NCBI GenBank assembly: GCA_035627835.1
Contig: DASPKX010000147.1
Coordinates: 8,964 to 72,963, forward strand
Direction of reading: 5' to 3'
Length of the DNA: 64,000 nt
Origin: Candidatus Methylomirabilota bacterium
GTDB taxonomy: Bacteria; Verrucomicrobiota; Verrucomicrobiia; Limisphaerales; SXQI01
This document shows, piece by piece, positions 16,726 to 26,731 of the stretch (position 1 is its first letter; every line of letters begins with the position of its first letter). Made by a program: the position numbers and the translations under genes. Below the pieces are notes generated by a model that worked only from the letters and a program-made list of their open reading frames with translations, was not told where the DNA came from and ran no database searches.

Positions 16726-18960
16726 TCAGGAGAGGTTCACCGGGTCGATGTCGATGATGAGGGTGACATCCTCCGGCAATTGAAGTTTGGGGCGAAGCTC
16801 AGTCAGGATTTTGGCGAGCTTCGGCGTGTGAAGGGTGCGCAGCATAATTTGATGCCGATAGAATTGCTCCGCCCGCACTAACGGCGAGGGCGCTGGACCG
16901 GCGATGATTAAGTCTTTGATTTCCTGCGTCGCTTTCTGAACTTCTCCTTTTAAATAGTCCGCGCTGAGGGAGACCTTCTCGTCATTCCGACCCTTGAGTG
17001 TGAGCAACGCGATTCGCGCGAACGGCGGGTAGCAAAGTTGTTGGCGGAATTCTAACTCTTGCTCCACGAACCCTTGGTAATCGTGGCGGCGCGCGTATTG
17101 GATGGCTGGATGAAACGGCGAGAACGCCTGCACGAACACTTCGCCCTCGATATCTCCCCTGCCCGCCCGGCCTGCGACCTGGGTTAGCAATTGGAACGTG
17201 CGTTCGCCCGCGCGAAAGTCGGGTTGGTGCAGGCTCAGGTCCGCGTAAATGATTCCCACCAGCGTCACGTTCGGGAAATGAAGGCCTTTGGCGATCATTT
17301 GCGTGCCGACCAGGATGTCGATTTTGCCGGTGCGAAAGTCGCCAAGGATCGTGCGGTAATCTTCCTTTCGCTTGAGCGTGTCAGAATCCATGCGGGCCAG
17401 GCGCGCGTGGGGAAGTTCTTGCTTCAGCAAGGCTTCAACGCGCTCTGTCCCGATGCCAGCGTAGCGGATCGCGGGGTTCTTGCACTTGGGTTCCGGGCAA
17501 ACGACCGGTGCGTTCTCGGAATGCCCGCAGATATGGCAGCGGAGTTCCTGGGCATGGCGATGATACGTAAGGGAGATGCTGCAGTTGGGGCAGCCGCAGA
17601 CATGGCCGCATTTCGGGCATTGCAGTGAGGAGGCGAAGCCACGCCGGTTCAGGAAGAGAATCGATTGCTCGCTGCGCTCAAGCCTTTGCAGGAGGGCTTC
17701 CTTTAGTTGCACCGAAAGCACAGCGATGCCTGCGCCCTTCGTTTTGCGCGTCTCGTGCCGAAGATCGACAACGCGCATGATCGGCATCTTCTTGTCGTCG
17801 GCGCGGGTCGGCATGTCGAGGATTTGGTATTTGCCTCGCTGGGCGTTGTGGAAACTTTCGATGGAAGGAGTCGCGGAGCCGAGCGCCACCACAGCTTTCT
17901 CCAAGTGGCCGCGCATGACGGCGACGTCGCGCGCGTTGTAGCGGGGCGTTTCGTCCTGCTTGTAGGAATGCTCGTGCTCTTCATCCACGATGATCAAGCC
18001 GAGCGGATCGACAGGAGCGAAGATGGCCGATCGCGCGCCGATGACGATTCGTGCGCGGCCCTGGCGGATCTTTTGCCACTCATCGTGACGCTCGCCCGCG
18101 GAAAGGTGCGAGTGAAGCACCGCGACTAAAGTTCGCTGCGGGCCGGCGCTGAAGCGAGCTTTGAAGCGTTCAACTGTTTGCGGCGTGAGCGAGATTTCGG
18201 GCACGAGCACGATTGCGCCTTTGCCGCGATCCAGCGCGTGCGCGATGGACTGGAGATAAACCTCGGTTTTGCCACTGCCCGTGACGCCGTGGATCAGGAA
18301 AACAGGCGCGGCAGCGGCAGCGTGATTGCTGTCGATAGCGGCTCGAATGGCAGCAAACGCGCGCGCTTGGTCATCGTTCAGCGGGAGCGGTTGCGTCGGG
18401 AGAATCGTCTCCTCGGCGTAAGGGTCGCGCTCGGTGATCTCGCGGTTGATCGAGACGAGATGCTTCTCCTCCATTTGCCGCAGCGTGGCGGAGGTGGTGT
18501 GCAACTCCTCAAGGAGATGCGTGAGCGGCATGGGCGGTTTGCCGTCGAGAAATTCGTAGATCTCACGCTGGCGTTTGGTGAGCGAGGGCATTTCACCAGG
18601 TGGAACGGTGCGGCGGACGAAGAGTTGCTCACGCCAGCCTTCCTTCTCTTTGCGCACGGAATCTGGCAGCACGGTCCGCAGCGTCGTCTCAAGCGGCGCG
18701 CAGTAGTAATCAGAAATCCAGCGCGCGAGTTTCAGGACATTCGGAGTGACCTGCGGACGGGAGCCGAGGACTTTGGTGATGTAGCGGAGGTTTGTGTGCG
18801 GGGATTCCTCAACGAGCGCGGTCACAGCGCCGAGCACTTCGCGGGGGCCGAACGGAACCTTTACTCGGCTGCCCACTTCGACTTTCCCCACCAGCTCGTC
18901 GGGGATGAGGTAATCGAAATCCCGCCGAAGGGCTATATCGAGCGTGACGCGCGCGATCAT
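16726..18960 (-). CDS. priA: Primosomal protein N'
   Basis: GVTGSGKTE, VPEISLTPQ, DEEH, LNRRG, paired Zn-finger cysteines, GTQMIAKGLHFP and QVAGRAGR. Confidence 0.97.
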   Translation of the reverse strand: MIARVTLDIALRRDFDYLIPDELVGKVEVGSRVKVPFGPREVLGAVTALVEESPHTNLRYITKVLGSRPQVTPNVLKLARWISDYYCAPLETTLRTVLPDSVRKEKEGWREQLFVRRTVPPGEMPSLTKRQREIYEFLDGKPPMPLTHLLEELHTTSATLRQMEEKHLVSINREITERDPYAEETILPTQPLPLNDDQARAFAAIRAAIDSNHAAAAAPVFLIHGVTGSGKTEVYLQSIAHALDRGKGAIVLVPEISLTPQTVERFKARFSAGPQRTLVAVLHSHLSAGERHDEWQKIRQGRARIVIGARSAIFAPVDPLGLIIVDEEHEHSYKQDETPRYNARDVAVMRGHLEKAVVALGSATPSIESFHNAQRGKYQILDMPTRADDKKMPIMRVVDLRHETRKTKGAGIAVLSVQLKEALLQRLERSEQSILFLNRRGFASSLQCPKCGHVCGCPNCSISLTYHRHAQELRCHICGHSENAPVVCPEPKCKNPAIRYAGIGTERVEALLKQELPHARLARMDSDTLKRKEDYRTILGDFRTGKIDILVGTQMIAKGLHFPNVTLVGIIYADLSLHQPDFRAGERTFQLLTQVAGRAGRGDIEGEVFVQAFSPFHPAIQYARRHDYQGFVEQELEFRQQLCYPPFARIALLTLKGRNDEKVSLSADYLKGEVQKATQEIKDLIIAGPAPSPLVRAEQFYRHQIMLRTLHTPKLAKILTELRPKLQLPEDVTLIIDIDPVNLS

Positions 18961-18996
18961 GGGAGGAACTTCGGTTTTGAGCGGCTTGTGGGCAAC

Positions 18997-19023
18997 AAAA
19001 AAGGCCGCGCGAACGCGGCCTTT
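18997..19023 (-). terminator. Intrinsic terminator of pfk
   Basis: Minus strand reads AAAGGCCGCG-TTCG-CGCGGCCTTTTTT: GC stem, UUCG loop and U-tract, 19 bp past the pfk stop. Confidence 0.8.
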
Positions 19024-19041
19024 GTGAAAGTTGTGAGTCGC

Positions 19042-20313
19042 TTAGGCGCGTGGTGGGAGGACTTTGTCCACCATCTCACGCTCAAGCGTGACGTAGCGAG
19101 GGAGGCCGCCTTCGGTTGGAGGGCGAACTTCGCCTTCAATCAAGGGGCGCGCATACGCGAGGAATTGCTCGTTTGGCATGAAGCCATCCTCACTGATCCA
19201 TTCGCGTGGGATGTGATGCACCGCGTTGGCGATGTCGTTCAAATCCTGCAGGTCGTAAGTGATCTTGTAAGGGGCGTCGGAGGTGCGAACCATCTTGATC
19301 ATGAACCCGCTCTTGCCATCAACCGCCGCGCGAACGGCTGCTTCACCGCAGGCAGCGGCTTCAGCGACATCGGTGGCGCTGGCGTAGTGAGCCGCAGCCC
19401 GTTGAGCGTAGCCGAGCTTCACGGTGCGGGTCTTGGTGTTCAGCTTGCCCTGGACCAATTCAGCCAGACGATCAGCAGCGCCGGAGAGCACTGGGTGGCC
19501 GAAGGCGTCGAGGCGGCTCTTGTCCGCGCCGATTTCTTCGCCAGCAGCGTTCTTGAGGCCTTCGCCAACCACCACGATGCAATACTTCAGCGCGGCGACG
19601 GTTTCTTTGACCTTGTTTAGGAAGGCAGCTTCGTCGAACGGAATTTCCGGGAGGAGAATGATGTGCGGAGCGTCGTTTGGTGAACGCTTGGCGAGCGCGG
19701 TGCCGGCGGCGATCCAGCCAGCGGAACGGCCCATTACCTCAACGATGCAGCAGGACCCGTCATCAGTCGCCATGCCGCCAACATCGAGGGCGATTTCCAT
19801 CACGGTGGTTGCGCAATACTTGATCACGGAACCATACCCGGGGCAGTGATCGGTGTGCGGGAGATCGTTATCGATCGTCTTAGGCACGCCAATGACGCGC
19901 ATCTCATAATTCCGCTTAACAGCCTCCGCATGGATTTGGTTCGATGAATCCTGGGAATCATTCCCGCCCGCGTAGAAGAAATAGCGGATGTTATGAGCCT
20001 GAAAGACCTCGAACAGGCGATCCATGTCCTTGGCCGCTTGTTCAGGCTTCTTCTTGAAATCGATCTTGTAACGGCAGGTGCCGAGGGCGGGGCCGGGGGT
20101 GTACTTCAACCCTTCAATTGCGCGCGCCTTCTCTTCGTTAAGGTCGATCAGCTCCTCGTTGAGGATGCCGAGGATGCCATTGGCGCCCCCGTAAATTTCT
20201 TCGATCTCGCCGTGCTTGCCGGCCTCCTGGATCACACCAGCAACACTGGCGTTGATCACGGATGTTGGCCCGCCGGATTGGGCGACCAACAGATTTCCAA
20301 CTAGTTCTGCCAT
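19042..20313 (-). CDS. pfk: 6-phosphofructokinase, probably PPi-dependent
   Basis: QSGGPTSVIN, GGNDS and PKTIDND (Asp/Lys pattern of PPi-type enzymes), and EVMGR. Start moved to ATG 20313. Confidence 0.9.
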   Translation of the reverse strand: MAELVGNLLVAQSGGPTSVINASVAGVIQEAGKHGEIEEIYGGANGILGILNEELIDLNEEKARAIEGLKYTPGPALGTCRYKIDFKKKPEQAAKDMDRLFEVFQAHNIRYFFYAGGNDSQDSSNQIHAEAVKRNYEMRVIGVPKTIDNDLPHTDHCPGYGSVIKYCATTVMEIALDVGGMATDDGSCCIVEVMGRSAGWIAAGTALAKRSPNDAPHIILLPEIPFDEAAFLNKVKETVAALKYCIVVVGEGLKNAAGEEIGADKSRLDAFGHPVLSGAADRLAELVQGKLNTKTRTVKLGYAQRAAAHYASATDVAEAAACGEAAVRAAVDGKSGFMIKMVRTSDAPYKITYDLQDLNDIANAVHHIPREWISEDGFMPNEQFLAYARPLIEGEVRPPTEGGLPRYVTLEREMVDKVLPPRA

Positions 20314-20477
20314 AATAAAATTATCATCTGGGGCGGGCGCACCCATATTTCATCTGCAATTCCAGCCCGGGTTTCAACAGAGCCGAAACCTTGCCAACCT
20401 GCCACCCCCATGTCAAAGGGGAATCACAGGGCAATTTGCTTTGCGCCATACCACAGCGCTCGTATGCTTTCCGGCTC

Positions 20478-21230
20478 ATGAACGGCAGCTCTGAAGCCCC
20501 GAAAACGCGGGAGGATGGCCGGGCGGCAGATCAACTCCGACCCATCAAATTCGTCAACGGAATCGCTCCTTATGCGACGGGCTCCACGCTCATCGAGTGG
20601 GGCAACACGCGCGTGATTTGCGCCGCGACTATCGAGGAAGGCGTTCCCCGCTGGATGAAGGAGCAGAACGTCACCGGCGGCTGGGTGACTGCCGAATATT
20701 CCATGCTCCCCTACTCTACTTTGACCCGGAAGCAACGGGACATTTCCAAGGGGAAGATCGACGGGCGCTCCCAGGAAATTCAGCGGTTGATCGGCCGCTC
20801 CATGCGCGCGGCGATTAACCTGGAAAAGGTTGGGCAGCGGACAATCTGGATCGATTGCGATGTGCTGCAGGCCGACGGCGGAACTCGCACCGCGGCAATC
20901 ACCGGCGCTTACGTGGCCGTTCGACTCGCTGTGCAGAAGTTGATGACCACCGGCAAGCTCGCGTCCGACCCGATCAGCCAACCTGTCGCTGCAGTTAGCG
21001 TGGGCATCGTGTCCGGCGCGGCCTTATTGGATTTAGCCTACACCGAGGACGTGAGTGCGGCGGTGGATATGAACATCGTCATGACAGGCGCGGGTGAATT
21101 CGTGGAGCTGCAAGGGACCGGTGAAGAATCAACCTTCAGCGACGCGCAACTGGCGCAACTGCTTCAACTCGGGCGCAAGGGAATTAAGGAACTGCTTGGC
21201 TTGCAAAAGGCGGCAGTGGGCGTGTCGTGA
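20478..21230 (+). CDS. rph: Ribonuclease PH
   Basis: GSTLIEWGNTRVIC, AEYSMLP, GRSQEIQRLIGRSMR, QADGGTRTAAITG and DMNIVM. Confidence 0.96.
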   Translation: MNGSSEAPKTREDGRAADQLRPIKFVNGIAPYATGSTLIEWGNTRVICAATIEEGVPRWMKEQNVTGGWVTAEYSMLPYSTLTRKQRDISKGKIDGRSQEIQRLIGRSMRAAINLEKVGQRTIWIDCDVLQADGGTRTAAITGAYVAVRLAVQKLMTTGKLASDPISQPVAAVSVGIVSGAALLDLAYTEDVSAAVDMNIVMTGAGEFVELQGTGEESTFSDAQLAQLLQLGRKGIKELLGLQKAAVGVS

Positions 21231-21850
21231 GCGTGGTGACGCCACTCCGGCTCTTCCTGATTCGCCACGGCGAAGTTGAACCGAAATACCATAAAGTATT
21301 CGGTGGGCGCATTGACATGGAGTTGTCCCCCCTCGGCCACGAGCAGGTGCGCGCGCTGGCCCAATACTGCAACCGCTTCACTCTGGATAAGGTTTATGCC
21401 AGCCCCATGCGGCGGGTGAAGCAGACGATGGCGCCGCTCCTCGAGATCACAGGCCACGAACCCGTGATTCTGCCGGGGTTGCGCGAGGTGGACTTCGGTG
21501 TTTGGACCGGGCTTAGCTGGGATGCGGTCACTGAGAAGTATAATTGCAGCGCGTTCGAGTGGCTCGACAAACTGGAAGCTGGTGAGATCGCGGAAGCCGA
21601 ATCGACGCGCGATTTCCGCGCAAGAGTGGACGAAGCGCTGAGGACAATCCTCGGGGCGCCCAACCAGCAGAATGTGGCGGTTGTTTGCCACGGTGGCGTG
21701 ATCCGAATGCTGCTCTCGATCCTCCTCGGCTTGCCATTGCAACGAATGGCTGGGTTCGACATTGAATACGCCAGCATCACGAGTGTCCTTTACCGGCCTA
21801 ACAAAGTTGAAGTGCAACTGCTCAACCTGACTCCGTGGCGTGATTTATAG
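21227..21850 (+). CDS. Histidine phosphatase (phosphoglycerate mutase/CobC family)
   Basis: LIRHGE, SPMRR, LREVDFGVW and VVCHGGVI. Confidence 0.9.
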   Translation: MSVVTPLRLFLIRHGEVEPKYHKVFGGRIDMELSPLGHEQVRALAQYCNRFTLDKVYASPMRRVKQTMAPLLEITGHEPVILPGLREVDFGVWTGLSWDAVTEKYNCSAFEWLDKLEAGEIAEAESTRDFRARVDEALRTILGAPNQQNVAVVCHGGVIRMLLSILLGLPLQRMAGFDIEYASITSVLYRPNKVEVQLLNLTPWRDL

Positions 21851-21852
21851 AT

Positions 21853-22761
21853 ATGGCTGTCAAAAAAGCTAAAACCCTTTGGCACTTTGCGATCACCACC
21901 AGCGTGGAAGCTGAGGAAGCTGTTGCTGAATTGCTGACGCGCACGTTTGGCCAATCGCCTGTCGTTTACACGAACCAGGACACAGGGCTGACGATTGCGA
22001 GCAATTATCTGCAGATGCCCCGCGCTAATTTGACGAAATTAGAGCGGGAGATCGCGGCGGAATTTTCCAAGCTGCGCAGCTTCGGCCTGCAGGCGGGCTC
22101 GGGCGAGATTCAGATCAAGCCGGTAAAACGAGAGGACTGGGCGGAGTCCTGGAAGAAGTATTTTAAGACCATCCAAATTGGCTTGAAGCTCCTGATCAAG
22201 CCGAGCTGGAGCAGGCGCGTTCCAAAGCCGGGACAACAAGTAGTCGTTCTCGATCCGGGGTTAAGCTTCGGCACCGGCCAACATGCGACCACCTCGTTTT
22301 GCCTCAAAGAGACAGTTCGCAGCCGCAAGCCAGGCACAAAGCAGTCCTTCCTGGATGTGGGGTGCGGCTCGGGCATCCTCGCAATTTCCGCAGCCAAGCT
22401 CGGCTATTCGCCGGTAGAGGCTTTCGATTTCGATCCGGTGGCGGTGCGCGTGGCTCGCGCGAACGCGCGCCGGAATCGCGTTGAGAATAAATTAACGCTT
22501 GGCCAACGGGACCTCACGAAGATACCCGCCAAACCTAAAGCTGCTTTTGACGTGGTCTGCGCAAACCTGATCTACGATCTGCTTATCGCTGAAGCAGATC
22601 GGATCACTGCGCGGGTCAAACCTGGCGGGTTGCTGGTGCTCGCGGGCATTCTTTCCACGCAGTTTGAGCAAACGATCGAGCCCTTCTTAAAGCGTGGTTT
22701 CAAGCTGCTGCGGACCAAAGTGGAGCGGGAATGGCAGAGCGGCGCCTTGCGGCGGCAGTAA
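21853..22761 (+). CDS. prmA: Ribosomal protein L11 methyltransferase
   Basis: DWAESWK, LDPGLSFGTGQHATT, SAM motif LDVGCGSGIL and VCANL. Confidence 0.93.
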   Translation: MAVKKAKTLWHFAITTSVEAEEAVAELLTRTFGQSPVVYTNQDTGLTIASNYLQMPRANLTKLEREIAAEFSKLRSFGLQAGSGEIQIKPVKREDWAESWKKYFKTIQIGLKLLIKPSWSRRVPKPGQQVVVLDPGLSFGTGQHATTSFCLKETVRSRKPGTKQSFLDVGCGSGILAISAAKLGYSPVEAFDFDPVAVRVARANARRNRVENKLTLGQRDLTKIPAKPKAAFDVVCANLIYDLLIAEADRITARVKPGGLLVLAGILSTQFEQTIEPFLKRGFKLLRTKVEREWQSGALRRQ

Positions 22762-22818
22762 TGCCAAGCTGAACAGCATTCGTCTTGCTTGTGGCGTGGT
22801 TAATGCTGAAATGCTGCT

Positions 22819-24642
22819 ATGCCTGTTGTTTCCGAGCGGTGGCACGCTTTTCCTCACTCCAAGGAAACGCTCTGGCCAATCCTCAGCAAGACCGACTGGA
22901 TCAACCGCGCGCTTGGCCTTCCCCCGGTCGATTACGAGATAGAGCCCACCGGCCTCGGCGGAACGATTGTCACAGCTCGAGCCCGCGTCTTCGGGATTCG
23001 GCTGGCCTGGCAGGAGCACCCCTTCGACTGGCGTGAATACGAGCGCTATCGTGTGCGGCGGACCTTCAAGGGCGGCCCGCTCGCTGAAGGAACGATGGGG
23101 ATGGACTTTCACGAGCAAGAGGATGGCTCGTGCCGGGTGCGCGTGTTTTCAGAGTGGAAACCCCGCAACAAGCTGGGCCATTGGCTCGCCAAGCAGCTTA
23201 TCGTTCCCAAAACAGAGAAGGACATGGCCGTCCTTATGGACCACGTGCGGGATTACCTCGGAGGCTCCGTTGCGGAGGTCATGCCGAACCTGCCGATCAC
23301 ACCTCCGAAGGAGGCGGCGCTTGCGGCTGCCCTGAACGCGCTTGCGGAGCGTGGCCACTCGGCGCATCTGATTTCACTCTTCCAGGAATTCATACAACAC
23401 GCGCCCGATGTGGAGGCCAGCCGTCTGCGGCCATTGGCTTTAGCGCGGCGTTGGAAGCATAATCCTTGGAGAACCCTTCGTTTGTTCCTGGACGCCACAC
23501 GAGTTGGGTTGCTGGAGTTGAGCTGGGAAGTGCTTTGCCCCAATTGCCGCTCCAGCAGGCACCCGCTCAAGAAAACCCTCGGCGATGTTGCCCGCGAGAT
23601 GCATTGCGAGGTCTGCCAAATCGACTATGACGGACGCTTTGATGAGTCGGTGGAGCTGAAGTTCACGATCCATCCATCCGTTAGGCCCGTGAAGATGGAG
23701 ACCTACTGCCTGGCTGGACCGGGAGCAAAGCCGCATATTCTGACACAGCTCACCGTCGGCCCAAATGAGCGACGCTCCTGGGACATACCATCCTTTGAAG
23801 CCACCGCGCGGCTGCGCTCACCGCAAGTGAAGCAGTTTGTGAACTTGAAGCCGGAAGAGGCCGGAAATCCTTATGTGACCCCGGTGGTCGTTTGCAAACC
23901 CGAGGGTTTCGATGTGGTGACGGAAGCAACAGGTGGTGGCGATTACACGCTGCGCGTCATTAACCCGAACCCCTACCCTGTCCAATTGATCCTGGAGCGG
24001 TTGGAATGGGATCCCGACATTCTCACCGCCGCGCGTGTGACGAACTGGCAGGACTTCCGTGATTTGTTCGCGCGCGAAGTGATCGCGCCGAACGAGCGGA
24101 TCACGGTAGGCTCTCAAATCGTGCTCTTCACGGACCTTCGCGGCTCCACCGCGATGTATCGGGATGTCGGCGATGCGCCTGCATACGTGCTCGTGCGCAA
24201 ACATTTTGAATTGATCGAGCAATCGGTCCGCGAAGCTCACGGAATCGTGGTTAAAACCATCGGCGACGCTGTGATGGCGGTTTTCAGCGATGTCACAGAG
24301 GCATTGGAAGCTGTGCATCGCATGCAGCGCGACGTGAGCAAAGCGACAGCCAACCTGGGTTCCACCGCGTCCAAATTGACACTTAAAGCCGGGTTGCACA
24401 TAGGCCCTTGCCTGGCGGTCAACGCCAATGATCGGCTCGATTATTTTGGCACGACTATCAACCTCGCCGCGCGCATCGTGGATTCGAGCCAGGGCGGAGA
24501 CATGGTAATTTCTGATGATCTTTACAGCCGCCCGGAAGCGGCAGCTTTTATCGACAAGCTCAACCTGATGCCTGAGTTGAAAGAGCTGCAGTTCCGGGGC
24601 TTCACCGCGCCGCAAAAGGTCTGGCGCATCGCTCTGGATTGA
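22819..24642 (+). CDS. Class III adenylate cyclase with N-terminal DUF5939-like region
   Basis: FTDLRGST, KTIGDAVM and DYFGTTINLAAR catalytic motifs. CPNC...CEVC Zn-ribbon in the N-terminal region. Confidence 0.87.
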   Translation: MPVVSERWHAFPHSKETLWPILSKTDWINRALGLPPVDYEIEPTGLGGTIVTARARVFGIRLAWQEHPFDWREYERYRVRRTFKGGPLAEGTMGMDFHEQEDGSCRVRVFSEWKPRNKLGHWLAKQLIVPKTEKDMAVLMDHVRDYLGGSVAEVMPNLPITPPKEAALAAALNALAERGHSAHLISLFQEFIQHAPDVEASRLRPLALARRWKHNPWRTLRLFLDATRVGLLELSWEVLCPNCRSSRHPLKKTLGDVAREMHCEVCQIDYDGRFDESVELKFTIHPSVRPVKMETYCLAGPGAKPHILTQLTVGPNERRSWDIPSFEATARLRSPQVKQFVNLKPEEAGNPYVTPVVVCKPEGFDVVTEATGGGDYTLRVINPNPYPVQLILERLEWDPDILTAARVTNWQDFRDLFAREVIAPNERITVGSQIVLFTDLRGSTAMYRDVGDAPAYVLVRKHFELIEQSVREAHGIVVKTIGDAVMAVFSDVTEALEAVHRMQRDVSKATANLGSTASKLTLKAGLHIGPCLAVNANDRLDYFGTTINLAARIVDSSQGGDMVISDDLYSRPEAAAFIDKLNLMPELKELQFRGFTAPQKVWRIALD

Positions 24643-24648
24643 GCGGGC

Positions 24649-25614
24649 TTAGTTCAGCCCAGAGGCTTTTTTCGCGCGCTCGAGCACCGCGCGAGCAACC
24701 ACGCTGGCCCGAGCTGCGCCGTCACGAAGCACACCGTTGACGTAGTCGAGGTTGCTCGCCAACTCCTGACGCCGCGCGCGAGCCGCTGCAAAGTAATTCC
24801 AGTAATGCTCGAAGAGCGCCTTCTTCAAATCGCCGTAACCAAGCCCGCCTGCGCGAAGCCGATTCTCAAAATCCGTTGACACTTCCTTCGGGGCGACGAG
24901 CTTTAGCAATTGGATGGCAATGTTTTTATCGGCATCGGGCTTGGGTTCCGCCGGGGTGCGGCTATCCATCACCAGGGCCATGATTTTCTTTTTGGTGGCT
25001 TTCTCCTCGCCAAAAATCTCAATCGTGTTGCCGTAGCTCTTGCTCATCTTCTGCCCATCCGTGCCGGGCACGACTGACACGTCTACGCGTATCTGCGGCT
25101 CGGGAATGACGAAGGTCTCGCCATAGGTCATGTTGAACTTGATGGCGATATCGCGCGTGACCTCCAGGTGCTGCTTTTGGTCTTTGCCGACCGGAACAAT
25201 GTTCGAATCGTAGATCAAAATGTCTGCGGCCATCAGCACAGGGTACGCGAATAAGCCGTGGTTCGGGGAAATGCCCTGGGCAATTTTATCCTTATAACTG
25301 TGGCACCTCTCCAACAGGCCCATCGGTGTGATGGTGGTGAGAAGCCAGGAGAGTTCAGTCACCTCAGGGACATCAGATTGCCTGAAGAAGACGGCTTTTT
25401 GAGGATCAAGCCCGCAGGCGAGAAAATCGAGAGCGACATCGAGCGTGTTTTTCCGGCGTTGATCCGCATCCGTGAGGCTCGTCATCGAGTGATAATTCGC
25501 GATGAAGTAGTAAGCCTCGCCTTGCTTCTGCAACTCGATGGCAGGAAGCATCGCTCCAAAATAATTGCCGAGGTGCAAAGCCCCCGATGGTTGGATGCCG
25601 GTCAAAATTCGCAT
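24649..25614 (-). CDS. trpS: Tryptophan--tRNA ligase
   Basis: TGIQPSG, HLGN (HIGH), YPVLMAADIL, GKDQKQH and KMSKS. Confidence 0.97.
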   Translation of the reverse strand: MRILTGIQPSGALHLGNYFGAMLPAIELQKQGEAYYFIANYHSMTSLTDADQRRKNTLDVALDFLACGLDPQKAVFFRQSDVPEVTELSWLLTTITPMGLLERCHSYKDKIAQGISPNHGLFAYPVLMAADILIYDSNIVPVGKDQKQHLEVTRDIAIKFNMTYGETFVIPEPQIRVDVSVVPGTDGQKMSKSYGNTIEIFGEEKATKKKIMALVMDSRTPAEPKPDADKNIAIQLLKLVAPKEVSTDFENRLRAGGLGYGDLKKALFEHYWNYFAAARARRQELASNLDYVNGVLRDGAARASVVARAVLERAKKASGLN

Positions 25615-25668
25615 GGCGCAGAACGTAATGGCGGGGAACTCGAAAAAAAAGCCTCAACAACGCAGGAT

Positions 25669-26310
25669 TCACAAATACTCGCGCGGCGGCGGCGCTTTCA
25701 CAAAAGCAGTCTCACGGAGATAAATCGGATCCAGAAACTCCGCTGAGGCGGAAGGAGCAATGCGGGCTCCGAGGTGAGCCAGGGCGAGCGCGTCGGGGTG
25801 CAGTGGTTGAGCCCCTGGTAGCCAGGCCGCCACGTCCGGACCGGCGATGCGGGCGTCCGTTACCGTGAACCCGGCGACCGGCGCTACGTGAACCGCCCTT
25901 GTGACCGTAACTTGATCTTCCGCCAGTTGATAATCGGCAACGTACAATTCGTTCCGCTGGGCGTCCGCAGCCAGCCGCAAGGGTCCGCGCCAACCGCGGC
26001 GCCGCGCCGATTCGGCCATCACGTCGAAGGAGTTGACCCCACAGCATTCAACATTTCTCGCGAGTTGCATTCCCTGCGCCACCGCAATGCTGGAGCGAAT
26101 GCCAGTGTACGAGCCGGGCCCCAGGCCCACGGCAACACGGGCGAGGTCTTTGACCCGCACACCTGCTTCCCTCAACGCCTGGTCAGCCAACGCCACACTT
26201 GAGAAGGTCCGAGCGGCTTCCTCCCGGACTATATGCGCGAGGGTTCGCGTGCCATCGAGAATGGCGGCGCTTCGCACGGTCGTGGAGCAATCAAGCGCAA
26301 GTATCATCAT
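25669..26310 (-). CDS. tsaB: t6A modification protein TsaB
   Basis: ILALDCST and VGLGPGSYTGIR. Confidence 0.92.
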   Translation of the reverse strand: MMILALDCSTTVRSAAILDGTRTLAHIVREEAARTFSSVALADQALREAGVRVKDLARVAVGLGPGSYTGIRSSIAVAQGMQLARNVECCGVNSFDVMAESARRRGWRGPLRLAADAQRNELYVADYQLAEDQVTVTRAVHVAPVAGFTVTDARIAGPDVAAWLPGAQPLHPDALALAHLGARIAPSASAEFLDPIYLRETAFVKAPPPREYL

Positions 26311-26731
26311 AACTGATCTCGCGTGTCTCTTGATCCATCAGCCGGAAGCGCACAAGGCAGAGCTTCGGCAGCTTGATTTCGGGCGCGAACTCAATCAGCC
26401 GATCGACCCACTCGATCAAGGTCACGCCGTCCCGTTGGTAGTAGTAATCCTCCAAGGCAGCGCTGCGAATCTCGCGCCCACTTTCGAGGCGATAAAGATC
26501 GATGTGATACATCGGCAGACGGGCGCCGCGATACTCGTTGAGCAAGGCGAATGTCGGCGAGTGGACGCGCTGGCCTACTCCAAGGCCCTTCGCTACGCCT
26601 TTTGCGAATTCTGTTTTTCCCGCGCCCAGGTCGCCCTGCAACCCGAGAATCAAACCTGGCCGAGCTTCACGGCCGAACCGCTCGCCAAGCGCGAACGTTT
26701 CAGCAGGGCTACGCGAAATGATCGTACCCAT
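26291..26731 (-). CDS. tsaE: t6A ATPase TsaE
   Basis: GDLGAGKT P-loop, SPTF, HIDLYRL and IEW. Confidence 0.95.
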   Translation of the reverse strand: MGTIISRSPAETFALGERFGREARPGLILGLQGDLGAGKTEFAKGVAKGLGVGQRVHSPTFALLNEYRGARLPMYHIDLYRLESGREIRSAALEDYYYQRDGVTLIEWVDRLIEFAPEIKLPKLCLVRFRLMDQETREISYDDTCA

